From: a virus | IMG/VR virus record: IMGVR_UViG_3300049491_000083 | Location: 1 to 64,000 of that record | DNA length: 64,000 nucleotides | Reading direction: 5' to 3' (one strand) | Part shown: piece after piece, positions 26,261 to 38,100 of the stretch | Layout of the letters: the number at the start of each line of letters is the position of its first letter | How positions within the stretch are numbered: position 1 is the first letter of the stretch | Notes under the pieces: model-generated | The model's input: the letters and a program-made list of their open reading frames with translations, nothing else | Databases searched by the model: none | What the model was told of the DNA's origin: nothing | Program-made: the position numbers and the translations under genes

Positions 26261-26584
26261 ATGGCTGATACCGCTGACTACCTCATTCGTCAGATTGACG
26301 ACTTCATTGCCGAACTCAAGCGTGACGTAAAGAACTCTGACATTGACGCTTCAATGGCTCAGAACTATGCTGAGTTCTTCAACCGTTCAATTTCTACCCG
26401 CGTGACTGGCACGATCACGGTGACCTTTGAGGTCGCTATGGATCTTGAGCCGGGTACTGACAAGGGCGATCTTGACCCTTCGGACTTCGACGCTTCCATC
26501 GAAACCGGATGGGCAACTGAGGGTATCTGCATCGACTCTGCCGATGTGACCGACTTCGACTTCGATCTGGAGTATGACGACTGA
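26261..26584 (+). CDS. Highly acidic hypothetical protein
   Basis: AAGGAG RBS; promoter TTGACA...TAGAGT; Asp/Glu-rich C-terminus. Confidence 0.7.
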   Translation: MADTADYLIRQIDDFIAELKRDVKNSDIDASMAQNYAEFFNRSISTRVTGTITVTFEVAMDLEPGTDKGDLDPSDFDASIETGWATEGICIDSADVTDFDFDLEYDD

Positions 26585-26772
26585 TGAGCACCATGATTGA
26601 CTATCCCGATGAGTGGGATACCGAAGCCCTTACCCGCGATTTCGAAGTGGAGTCATTCTTCTATGATATCTGCTTCGTTAAGCGGAGGGCTGACGGTGTG
26701 AAGGGGAGCCTTACCTTCCACCGGGACCCTGAAAGGAACACCCGTATCTATACCAATTGGAGTGCAGAGTGA
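26584..26772 (+). CDS. Hypothetical protein
   Basis: Coupled; WDTE.L..DFEV..F...V.R..DGVKGSL.F. Confidence 0.6.
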   Translation: MSTMIDYPDEWDTEALTRDFEVESFFYDICFVKRRADGVKGSLTFHRDPERNTRIYTNWSAE

Positions 26773-26952
26773 AGTCTGTCGTTTATCAGGTAGAGGTTCT
26801 TGCCGAGCAGCCCTTCGAATCCATGGACTTTGAGTTCGTGGCTGAGATTGAGGATGACGACGATCCTACCGACGTTCTCAATCCTGATCTGTATACTCAG
26901 ATTCTCAACAATCTGTCGATCAACTGCGACTTCCTGTATGTGGAGGATGAAG

Positions 26953-27147
26953 ATGCCTAAGTATGACGTGGCGGTACAACTGTCGGGCAACGACGGCAAT
27001 GCCTATGCGATCATGGGATCAGTGTCCAAGGCACTCAAGCGAGCGGGGGCACCGAAGGAAGATGTTGATGCCTACCTCGCAGAGTCTATGTCTGGTGACT
27101 ATGACCATCTTCTCCAGACTGCTATCGAATGGGTGGAGGTTCACTAA
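26953..27147 (+). CDS. Conserved small phage protein
   Basis: V.L.G.DGNAY.IMG.V..AL...SGDYDHLL motif. Confidence 0.7.
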   Translation: MPKYDVAVQLSGNDGNAYAIMGSVSKALKRAGAPKEDVDAYLAESMSGDYDHLLQTAIEWVEVH

Positions 27148-27407
27148 TGCCTACCTATGAGAGCACCTACGTTGTACGCATGATCACCGATGCTGATTCG
27201 GAAGATGAGGCATTGGAAATTCAGGCAGAGGCACTTTCCGATATTGCCTATGACTGGGATTTCGCCTAGTCTGGAATGTCCCTTTTGGGGCATCTCCAGC
27301 GCCCCGCGAACCGTTATCAAAACGTTATCTAAATGTCCTATTTGAGTATTGACTCATGACCCGTACTAGTGTAGTCTAGGACTACCAACGAATGAAGGAG
27401 ATTGAAC

Positions 27408-28418
27408 ATGGCTCATGCGGTAGAGGTCTTTGAGGATGGGTCGGCTGCCTTCGCATCCCTCCGTGTCCCCGCGTGGCACGCTCTCGGGACGGTATTCACC
27501 AAGCCCGTAACGACTGCTGAGATGCTGAAACTGGCACACCTGAACCACTGGAATGTTCACCTTGAGGAAATGGAACTCCCCTACGATTGCTACCGTGATT
27601 ATTTCGCGGTTGTGCGTTCGAATCCTGTTGATCGGGACGAGAATGGTCGCAAGGTCAAGGAGATTCTTGGTCTCGTGGGTGCACGTTACAAGGTTGTCCA
27701 GAACGAGGAACTTTTCCAGTTTGGTGATGACCTGCTTTCCGATGGTCGGTGGGAAACTGCTGGCTCTATCAAGAATGGGACGACCGTTTTCGGTACCCTC
27801 GCTCTTGACCGTAAGGTCGTTCTTGACCCCACTGGTGTATCGGACACGATCAACACCTACCTTCTGATCCACACTTCCCATGACGGTTCGGTCGCTGTTC
27901 AGGCTTCCGTTACTCCCGTTCGTGTCGTGTGCCAGAACACTCTGAACATGGCCCTTAAGGGTGCAAAGCAGACTTTCAAGGTTCGCCACACGCAGACTGT
28001 TGCCGACAAGGTGCAGGCTGCCAAGGAAGCCCTTGGTCTGGCTAACAAGTTCATCGACAAGTTCGAAGTTGAGTCTAAGACTCTCTTTGAGACCAAGGTG
28101 AACGCCAAGGTGTTCAACGATATCATCACCACTCTCTACCCCAAGCCCGAAGGTAACGCCAAGGGTGCAATGACCAAGTGGGAGAACAAGGTCGATGCTA
28201 TCAACACCATCTACACTGGTGACACTAACGGTATGATCGCTGGTACCGCTTGGGGTGCACTCAACGCCCTTACTGAGCGTCTTGACTGGTACCGTAACGG
28301 TCGTGGAGAGAATGCAGACGTGAACGCGGCTGCTGCGGCTTCCGGCTTCGACGTTGCTACCAACGCTCAGAAGGCTACCATCCTGTCCACTGTCAAGACT
28401 CTGGCGGGAGTCAAGTAG
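27408..28418 (+). CDS. DUF932 / phage-plasmid TIGR03299-type protein
   Basis: PAWHALG, Y.VVQNEE.F, ETAGS..NG, SHDGS, PVRVVCQNTL, RHT, GTAWGALNA.TE..D. Confidence 0.9.
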   Translation: MAHAVEVFEDGSAAFASLRVPAWHALGTVFTKPVTTAEMLKLAHLNHWNVHLEEMELPYDCYRDYFAVVRSNPVDRDENGRKVKEILGLVGARYKVVQNEELFQFGDDLLSDGRWETAGSIKNGTTVFGTLALDRKVVLDPTGVSDTINTYLLIHTSHDGSVAVQASVTPVRVVCQNTLNMALKGAKQTFKVRHTQTVADKVQAAKEALGLANKFIDKFEVESKTLFETKVNAKVFNDIITTLYPKPEGNAKGAMTKWENKVDAINTIYTGDTNGMIAGTAWGALNALTERLDWYRNGRGENADVNAAAAASGFDVATNAQKATILSTVKTLAGVK

Positions 28419-28423
28419 CAAAA

Positions 28424-28468
28424 TGGCTGGCCCCCACTGCTCACGAGGCGGTGGGGGTCTTGCCATTC
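28424..28468 (+). terminator. GC-rich hairpin terminator
   Basis: ATGGC..GCCCCCACTGC...GCGGTGGGGGT..GCCAT after the DUF932 stop. Confidence 0.6.
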
Positions 28469-28536
28469 CCGCGCCCCGCAAAATTACCCCTTACGAAGGA
28501 CTTGACATTTCACCGGGAATCTGGTAGGCTCCGAGT

Positions 28537-31003
28537 ATGGAGCAGATAATAGAGCATGAGGGCCAAGTCTACCTGCGAGCAGAGGGGCTTATTGACTTAC
28601 TTATTGACAGGGTTGAGGCTCTGGCTATGGAACTTGACGTGTACCGCGACGGCTGGATCGAAGAGGATGTTACTGCATTCTCTAATCAGTTGAAGGGTTT
28701 CGCCAAGTGTATCAAAGTCATAACGATTGAGTATACCTCCTTGACTACCGACGAGAATCGTGCTAAGGTGTACCTAGACCTAGCCGACAAGATGCAAAGG
28801 ATCATTGACGCATGAACAAGTTCCAGTATCATTATGTGATCTGCTATGACGCGGAGACTCAGAAGTGGCATGTAGAGGATGAGACTAAGTACCTAGACGG
28901 TAACGTGTGGGATGACGTGCATGAGGAATGGTTCTGGCCCGTGGATGACACCGAAGAGGACTACCAGAATACCAAGTGCTACAACATGATCCAAGCCCTC
29001 GTTCCCATTTGGCCGGTGCCCTAATGTGGACTGAATACGACAAGACGATGGTAGACTTCGTTGAGCCTAATGATATTGTCAAGTACCGGGGCAAGATCAT
29101 CACGGTTACCGAGGTAGATGATTCTGACAGTGACCGGGTAGCACTATTCGGGCTGGACTGGATGGACTACTATGTTGAGGTCCGTGTCCCTTGCGGAACC
29201 TACGTCCCGCTGGTATACTGGCAGGACTAACCCACGGGGGACGGCTGGCTGGTGGTCAGATGGTGTCTTATATACATCCTAGAGTAGGGTTCAATCCCCT
29301 AGTCCCCTACAACAACAATGAAAGGATAGACAATGCCCACTTATACCGTTCATTTCTCGGCCTACTTCTCTGACTCCACTGAGGTAGAGGCAGACACCGA
29401 GGAAGAGGCGTGGAACATTGCAGGCCCCGTTATCTCTGATGACTGGTCGGCCTACTCCGCACAGGGCGGGTACACTGTACCGTTCGATGACATTCAGATT
29501 GAGGAAGTGCAGGAAGATGAATAGCAACCTGCCCGACTACATTAACGCTACGCAGACGTTCACCTATGACGTTGAGGCTGTCCGCGAATACCTGCGGGAG
29601 TGTGACATTCGCCCCACCGACGATGCTGTTATTCAGACTATCGAAACATGGGCGGCAGAAGAGTTTGGATGGGGAGACTACATCCTCATAGGACCGGATG
29701 GAGAAGAAATTGCCTAAGTACCTTGTTCGTTATCAGTCCCGCGAGTTCTACGAGATTGCGGTAGAGGCAGATTCGCCCGAGGATGCCGAAGAGAGGTTCT
29801 GGCTGGAGGATAAGATATGGGAGGGTCACCCCTATGACTCAGACACCAGCGTTATTGAAATTGAAGATGAGGATGGGGTTGTAACCTATGAATAGCAACG
29901 AATACTATGACAACTTTGTTGTCCCCGTTCTGACTGGGCAGATGGACGAGTACCTAGAGGGTATGATCGACACCATTCGCCTTCGCCAGAAGGACAAGGC
30001 TCCCAAGATTTGGGAGTTCAAGGTTGGCGATGCTGTCAAGTACGGCAACAACGTCAGGCCCAAGTACCTTGCCGGTGTCAAGGGCAAGATCGTGGAGATT
30101 CGTCGGACCAAGGTTACTGTTGGTCTGGAGAAGCCCGTTGGTCGATTCGGTACCCGGATCGTGACTCCTATTAACCTGATTGAGAAGGTGTAACATGGGT
30201 AACCGTGCAGCATTTGGATTCCGCGACTATGAGGGACGCATCCTCTGGCTCTATGCCCACGAGGGCGGCTATGACATGTTCAAGAAACTTGCAGATGCCA
30301 TTGCCCATGCCGAGCCTAGGTGGGATGGGGAAGAGTGTACCTACGGTACCCGGATGATGATTAGTCATATGATCGGTGAGAAGTGGGATAGCGAGTACGG
30401 CTTCGGGATCGGCTTTGACCTTCCTGATACCGCCCACTCTGTACCCGTTGTTGACTTTGGCACTAACGAGGTATGGCTGTACCCCTACCCCGGCTACAAC
30501 CCCAATGCCTCAGGCAACAAGAATTGGGCACTTTCTGACCTTCCCAAGTACCGCATCGGCTTCGAACTCTTCTGCAAGAAATATGGTTCGTGGACGGTGA
30601 GCAACCGGTTTGCCCATGCCCAGCCCAAGTCTCTTAAGACTGAGACTGAGGAACCCCGGTACACGAAGGCTGAGTGGCTTGAACTACTCCGCACCCTCTA
30701 ACCCTTGACATTGGAGGCCCCACCCGGTAGAATTGCTATAGGAGGTACATCATGACGTGGATCAACTCAGAGTCCATTGCTAATAAGATAACCAAGATTC
30801 TGGGGGACAATGCTCCTACTCCTTCGGAGTGGAAGTATGCGATCCCTGTTCATCTGGTCCAGTCACCCCTGCCTGTCGTTATCAACGCAAAGAATCTGGC
30901 AGACGGTATCAACGAAGCCATTGAGAAGTACCATCCTGATTTCAAGGATGAGTGGCTGGCATTCGACGCACGCTCGGAGAAGTATCACATGGAGGATCAG
31001 TGA
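28537..31003 (+). other. Run of small acidic hypothetical genes (28537-28815, 28812-29024, 29024-29230, 29333-29524, 29888-30193, 30195-30701, 30752-31003)
   Basis: Translationally coupled short ORFs; promoters at 28502 and 30705. Confidence 0.6.
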
Positions 31004-31182
31004 TAGTCTGGATTGAAACAGATGAGTGGTCTGCACGCTGGGGAGATGTGCCTGAGGCTGATGCCGACTGGCTATTCAACCTAGCAGAGATTGCCCTTGG
31101 CCCTGCTGACACCATAGCAACGTGATCCTGTACCCCGCCCCGTATGAGGGTGCGGGGTCCGGGCGCGGAAGCCAAAACTCAT

Positions 31183-31284
31183 ATTACGAAGGATCAAAAT
31201 TTTCACCGAGTTTTCGAAAACTGGCATTACGAATGGAGGGAATTTTCACATGAATTCATATTACGAAGGAATGAAAATTTCACC
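31183..31284 (+). repeat. Three tandem ATTACGAA-N8/9-ATTT(T)CAC repeats
   Basis: Copies at 31183, 31226, 31260; related copies at 28490, 31542, 31898. Confidence 0.7.
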
Positions 31285-31298
31285 GGGATGGAGTATGC

Positions 31299-31805
31299 AT
31301 GACCTGTATAGTAGCAGTAACACATGGAGATAAGGTATTCATGGCCGGGGACAGAGGTATGTCTGATGGTAATACCATAGTCAGTAGTAAGGAACCTAAG
31401 ATATTCGATACCGGTGAATATTTATTTGGCTGGGCAGGCAACATAGGCCTAGGCCAATCCATCATTCATGGCTTCGACTTCCCACTGATACAGGATGACG
31501 AGGAGATCTTTACCGTGTTCATCCCACATCTGAAGAAATACATTACGAAGCGCTTTGATATTTCCCCGGATGACCACAGTCACTTCATCCTAGGATACAA
31601 TGGCCGGGTATATGAGATTAGCACTGATGGTTATGGCTGTATAGAGTATGACAACATAGCAATAGGCTCGGGTAAGGAATTTGCCATGGGTTCCCTATAC
31701 AGCACAGTAGAGGAAGCACCATTGGTACGTGTCACCCTTGCTGTAGAGGCTGCCATTACCCTGAGTCCCGGCTGCGCCGGTCCTATTGACTGGGCAGAGA
31801 TGTAA
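31299..31805 (+). CDS. HslV/proteasome-beta-like Ntn peptidase
   Basis: M-T-CIVA (Thr nucleophile), AGD, PKIF, GWAG, AIGSG..FAMGSL. Confidence 0.85.
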   Translation: MTCIVAVTHGDKVFMAGDRGMSDGNTIVSSKEPKIFDTGEYLFGWAGNIGLGQSIIHGFDFPLIQDDEEIFTVFIPHLKKYITKRFDISPDDHSHFILGYNGRVYEISTDGYGCIEYDNIAIGSGKEFAMGSLYSTVEEAPLVRVTLAVEAAITLSPGCAGPIDWAEM

Positions 31806-31828
31806 AAATCAAACTTTTCAAGCATTTT

Positions 31829-31851
31829 ACCCCCACTTTTGGGGGTTTTTT
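31829..31851 (+). terminator. Intrinsic terminator at the transcription convergence point
   Basis: ACCCCC-ACTTTT-GGGGGT followed by a T run. Confidence 0.65.
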
Positions 31852-32192
31852 GCTGTTTGGGGGCATGTTTCTGCAAATAATTTGGGATGGGGGCGACATT
31901 ACGAAAGATTAATAGTCTCGACAATCACCCAAATCCTTATTGAAAATCATTATCAGAACAGAATATGCACTCTGGGAAATTTTTATGCATGTTTTATGCA
32001 TGATCGTGCATATATTCATGGCCCTATGGCTAGAGCAAGGCCGCTCTGTATCTCGTGTTCAGGCCCCTATGGTCAAGCGATACCTCTACGATGGTTCCGT
32101 CTATGGTTACTGCATATATTGTGTCTTTGTCGTCTATGGGGAAGCCTTCTGATTGCAGTACCCGGACGATTTCAGCCATGAAGGGCTTGCGC

Positions 32193-35100
32193 TTAATAGC
32201 CACGATAGCCCTCACGCTTGGCCCTGTATACGAAGCCGTTCTTGACCCATTCGATTTCAAGGTCACCCATGGAGCCATAGGAATACTCTGTTATGACTGC
32301 ATCCCGGCCTATGACGATCCTGTACTTGCGTGCTATCTTGCGGACGGCTGCCTCCATTGCATCATACCCGCCCCGCTCTTCTACCCGTTGTATCTTAGGC
32401 ATAGTTCCTCTATCTCCTTTACTAGTTCTGGGTCGTTCCCATTGATCTTGACGCTGACATACCATTGACTGGTACCCGGCGAAAGGCTGTCGATCTTGAC
32501 ATAGTGGGGCTTGAGGAAGCGTATCTCCAGCCTGTCAATGATCAGTCCGACGAGGGCATATGCCTGACTCAGCCGAAGATTAGCCTTGCTGTTGCGCCAT
32601 ACGATTTCAGTTTCAGTGTTCATTTGAGGTGTCCTAGGTTTTCGATTTTGATATAACTGTCGCCGTTGATTTTCAAAATTGGCTCATCCACGCGAATGAC
32701 GAACTTTTTGTTCTTGGTTTCAATTTTGATTTTTGACAGGTTGGGCCAGTCATCGTTGTTGATATGGATATCTACGGTGTCCTGTTCCTTCCACTCCATG
32801 AGTTTGTACCTCCCCTGAATGCTGGTCATATGCTGTAGTCCACTCTGCTCGTATCACGGGCATCTTCAATTCTCCCCCGCAGATTTGAGATTTCAGCATC
32901 GCGTTCCGCGATTATATCTTTTAGATCATGTATCATATCCAACCGATTGTCAAGTTGGAAGATGATAGCCCCTAGTGCTCTGCGGGTAATCATTATCTGC
33001 ATATCCTCAGGAACCATGATGAGTTCATTGGCTTCGTCTATGTCTATGTAACTCATGATTGCTCCTTGATTGAGTACCCGCCCAATGGACGGAACATTTC
33101 GTAGTGCTCATCGCATGTGCGAATCACTACGTCAGTACCCACGTCGTCAACAAATCCAAACTTGGCCTTTATCTCATGGGTTGCAGGCACGGTTGCATAC
33201 TCGCATACCATACAGTATTCAGTCATTGGAGTACCCTTCTGGATATTCAAACACTACCCGGCTTACCACCGGCAGGATCATGCTGTCCTTGTCATAGTTG
33301 GTGTTCATAAGGAACTTGATCTGGCTCTCTGTCACTCGCTGATTGCAGGCCCGGTAAATTTCCTGACTGATGAAACTGTATGGTGCATCGACTTCCCGCA
33401 TGAACTCAGTTGATACCCATAGGAACATCTCAGGATCATCCTTAACGGGAAATCCCCACATCCTATGCCGCCTGTCGTAGGCCACCGTCAGGGTTTCAAA
33501 GTTGACTTCTGGTATGTCAGACATTGTTTGTCCAATTAGAATGTGCTGTCGTGCCATACATGGAGTCCATGCAATTGATATGCGGAACACCAGTAAATTG
33601 CTTCCCACACAATATACAGGTGTTTGCTTGATCTTTCCTGCCTTGCTCGTAGCCTTCTCTATACGCAAGTTCTGGTGTAGGGATTTCTGAACACGGGTTT
33701 GAGTCATTCCTAATTACTGAGATGCAGGAGTCGCGGGAGAACCAGTACGGCAGAGCCTTAACCTTTTGTACGACCCTTTCCCTTTCGGACGCACGGATCA
33801 AATCGACCGCAGCATCGGGAACGTCGATCCACTCACCGTCATGTAGGAACTGCATCACTGCCTCCCTTGACGTTGAGGATCATGCCCATGACGACAGCCA
33901 GAGCCTCTTTCCATTCGGGCGATGCTCCTGCCATGACTGCCTTGACCTCACGGTCAATGCGTTCCCGCTCGTCCCGCTGGCCCTGCTCGTAGCCGATTCC
34001 CTGCGCTACGTGCGCCGCCTCGGCAAAGTCCTGCCATTCACTATTTGCCTGCTCCCGACCACGCTGCTCGCCACGCTGAAAGGCATCTGATGCTCGCTCG
34101 CTCATGCTGCGATACTGTAAGGCAAAAAACTTGCCCTGCTCCCGCATTCCTCTTTCGGTGGCATGATCACAGCCACACGGGCAGCCACCTTCACACCACG
34201 TCGATGTTCCGCAGCCACACATTATGTCACCACCACCTGTCTACCCAGAATCTTTTCATTGCATATGTCCCGGCAGCGAGGGCAGCAATAATGGCGATAC
34301 CAGCCCAGCCAGTGGAAAGAATGATAAAGGCAATGAGTCCGAGAATCGCAATCACACCCATAAGACCGCAGAATGCTACACCATACTTATCAATATTATC
34401 TGCCATTAGTTGGTCACCTGAGTCTCAAGGTCGATGTTGGGAACTATCACGTCAGGCTTGAAGATAACCCGGTAGTTGTAGGTGGAAACATTGGATGCCT
34501 CTACCTGCTCAACAAGATAGGATACGTTGTCGGACAGGCCAAGGAAATGCTTCTTGAATTCCGTGGGTCCTGTCTTGCAGGTAACCTCTAGACTACCGCC
34601 CAACTTTGAGTCGGAAGTCTCAACTGAGCAGTACCCCTGAATTTCAAGGATGTACTTGTCGGTGATGCCATTGATGAACACGATGCGACGGTTGACCTCA
34701 AACATCTCAGCAGCCTGCGACAAATTTGACGATGCAACGTCAGCATCGGTGGCACAGCCAGCCAGCAGGGTCGCACCCATGACGCCAGCAGCAGCGAGAG
34801 CAATAATCTTCTTATTCTTCATGATTCATCCTTAGGGGTTCCGGGGGTAGTTGCGGTGTCTTGCATTTCTGACCAGACTGCGTTAGTTCTCCACATCCAC
34901 TGAGTCAGAGAGAAGTAGTAGTTGGGCGGGGATTCTTGGGGGCGTGCCCACCATTCTCCATTCCAGAAAATCGGGGTACCCGGCTCTGGCTCTGGCTTGT
35001 CGGGAACAAGGACAAGGTGCTCTGGATCGTAGTAGAGAGTGGTGGCGAACTGTGGAGTCTGCAAGCCAACCTGCCAGCCTACGCCCTTATCAAATCTTAG

Positions 35101-38100
35101 TTCCATTACTTTGTAGGCCTTGGCCCAATCACGTTCCTTGTTCGTGACCCTATCGCCCAACTTGAATGGTGCATCGGGCTTGGGCCGGAAGATGAATTCA
35201 ACCTTGCTAATATAATTAGCCCTTCGCCCATCGGCATAGCGGACGAGATTCGCGGGGCCGATCATGAGGGCATCGCCTTTCTTGGCTGCCTTGTACAACT
35301 TGCCAGTCTCCACAGACTCATGGCCCTTGCCGTCGTACCAGTACACCTTTACGATATCCCCGGCACGCATATCCTTGATTTCCATTAGTTCTCCAAAAGG
35401 TATTGGTTATAGTATCTTTCAAAGTCGCTTGTGGCGGCAATGTAGCCTTCATCAAATCCCCGGCTATGGCCACGCCACCATTCTCCCCACAGGTCGTCCA
35501 TGACCTTGCAGGAGGGGCAGGAGGGGGTACATTCGCCCTGTCCCCACACACACTGGGGATTAACGTGCAGGGCACGCTCTGCGTTCATCCCAGCGTTGTA
35601 GCCACTCAGCCAGTATTCATTATTGATAAGGATTGTCATTTCTGGCTCACTCCATGGGTATCTTCGAAGTCAAAGCAGTCGCACAGCCACGACTTGCAAT
35701 CAGGGATTGTCTCTCCTGAGAAGGGGCACCTGTCATTGGCTACCTGTTGGTTGTAGAAGATTGCCCACTCTACCTGCTGGAAGTCATCCATATCTACCGG
35801 GCCATAATAGGCTTCGTATGCGTTGCTCATCGGTTTCTCTTGTCCCTATCCTTGGAACGCTTTGCCGTGGTAGCAGCCTGATCCGCTGCCTGTGCCCAAT
35901 GGCGAATCTGCAACCAGATACTCTTTACGGACTGGAATTCCTCTTCGGTCATGTTGGATGATATTGCCCCCATTTCCCTCTCCACGTTCCTGAGGGCATC
36001 GGCATAGCCGACCATGTACTCGTACCCGATCTTCACTGTGCCCCCAGCCAGTTGATACCGGCAATGATGAGGGCAATGATGGCTACTGTCATGGCAATGC
36101 CCAACACTGCACAGATGCTAAACCAGATTACGAACATCCTGTCGATAGCCTTGTCATCCATTATCATCGTCGCTCCCAAAGTACGTCATAGATTATGTCT
36201 CTAATGTCAGACTCAAATGCCACATTGAATGACTCCTGAGTCACCGGCTCTCCGCGACTAACAAATCCCTTGGTAATGAACCTGTTGGCAAACAGAGCCG
36301 CTATAGATGGTTCCCAGTGATGCTCGCTATCCATCAGACACCGTACCTATTCTTTGCGTAGTTGATGCAGTCAGCGTACTGACCTTCGAATTGAATCTCT
36401 CCGAACTCACCCTGAATCTCGTTCACGGCCCACCATGTATGCTTGTTGATGATGCAATGCTGGTCATAGCATCCTTCTCCAAATACTGTTCCACCACACT
36501 TGTTCTTTTCAATATGGTAGAGAGGGGTGGACTTGGTAGTTGAGATGTACATGCTGTCTCCTATGTCTGGATGATGGTACCATCCTATCAGGGATACCCG
36601 GCAAAGTCAAGGGTTTTAACGGAGAACTGGACGCTTTTTCTTGTCCTTGCGACCAGTCACCAGATACCAGATACCATAGACAATGGCAATGATTATCAGA
36701 ATTGCGAAGAAGATTGCGAATGGAATCCAGAACGGTGCGAGGACCCACAGCCATGCCCAATCGATGACACCAGTCAACTTAAGAGTGATGAACACTATCC
36801 CCAGAATCCCCAGAATTGGGAAGGCGGGTCCAGAAACATAAACAGTCTTGCTAGTATTAGTAGTCACTTTTCTCCTTGAATTTTGCTGCCTGTATGTATA
36901 GGATCTGCTGGTCGAATACCTGTCTCAGAATGGTGCTGGTTGTAGCATAGTCTCCAACGATAGTTCTAACGTTGTAGGCATCCTTGCCGGGATCATATTG
37001 TATCTGTCGTTGTGGCAGATCGGGGTTGCACTTGAGGCACCGATCCCAACTACAGGGATTATCATTCACCCTGAGTTCATGCTCAAGCCTAGAAATTCTC
37101 TCGTCATCACCCCAGCGGGTATCCAGAAGTTGATCAGCACTTGCTGTCCAGTTATACCCCACGGACTACCTCTTCAAGGCACTCCCGGCACTTGCAGGCA
37201 TCAGACTCAAGAGCATCATCGAAGGCTACTGCGGCATCGTCACGACCGCCAGAGTATCCCTTTCGGTACCCGGCATCGAAGCCCTCGGCATAGCCCTTCT
37301 GATGAGAGTCCTTGATTATCTTGGTAATGGTATCAACGTAATACTTTGCGATTACCTCGTCCATGTTCATTAGTTGCACTCCCACACTAGATCTGGATAC
37401 TTGATAGCGGCTACAGAAAGCCGCCTGAGCAGATCCCTACCACCATCAGCACTTCCCCATCCATTGGATGGGTTCATCTTACGATACACGTCGATGTAGT
37501 CATTCATGGTGGTATAGCCTGTAACAAGATCAACAAGTGTATCCCCGGCTCGCTGGCCTTCGATCAGATCCCGCAGGCTCTCCCCGAATATGCTATGAAA
37601 CATAGGACCAATGTTGTAGGTGTAGTTGTCCTGAAATACTTCGTCACCATCTTGGTCGTAGAGGTTGATATCGACGCTCACATCAGGCTCCTGACCGCAT
37701 CCATGGCATCCTGCAAGGCCTGCTCTCGGATATCGTCAGGATTATCCATGCCCCACTCGGCCTCCTGATACCCGTCGTCATAGGCCTCTGCCTTGATCTT
37801 CTCAATCTCTTCGAATGAGTAGATGCCCTCAGTATCAATAAGTTCTACAATGATCTTGCACTCGGGGCATTCATATGGATGGAAACTCGCCCACGACTTG
37901 CACATATCTTCGTGTTGCATTACGACTCCGACTCTATGATTGATAGGATTTCGTCTATTGGGATGATGACATTGGAGTTGTCCCACTTCTGGAACCTAAG
38001 ATACTTGGTACCCGGTGGAAGTTTTTCCATGGTGTCCCACACAGCATCAAAGGTGTAGTGATTAGCCAAAAGAAAGGCGGTGTGATGCGTAGTATCCTTG

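Larger units (their letters stand above)
17399..31168. repeat. Dispersed CCGCGCCCCG-type cassette-boundary repeat (~13 copies)
   Basis: Copies near 17399, 18396, 19128, 19669/19678, 19889, 20970, 21549, 23347, 24943, 26152, 27299, 28469, 31160; all intergenic. Confidence 0.75.

Noticed and set aside
27366-28481. Minus-strand 371-aa ORF
   Set aside because: Antisense shadow of the codon-biased DUF932 gene.
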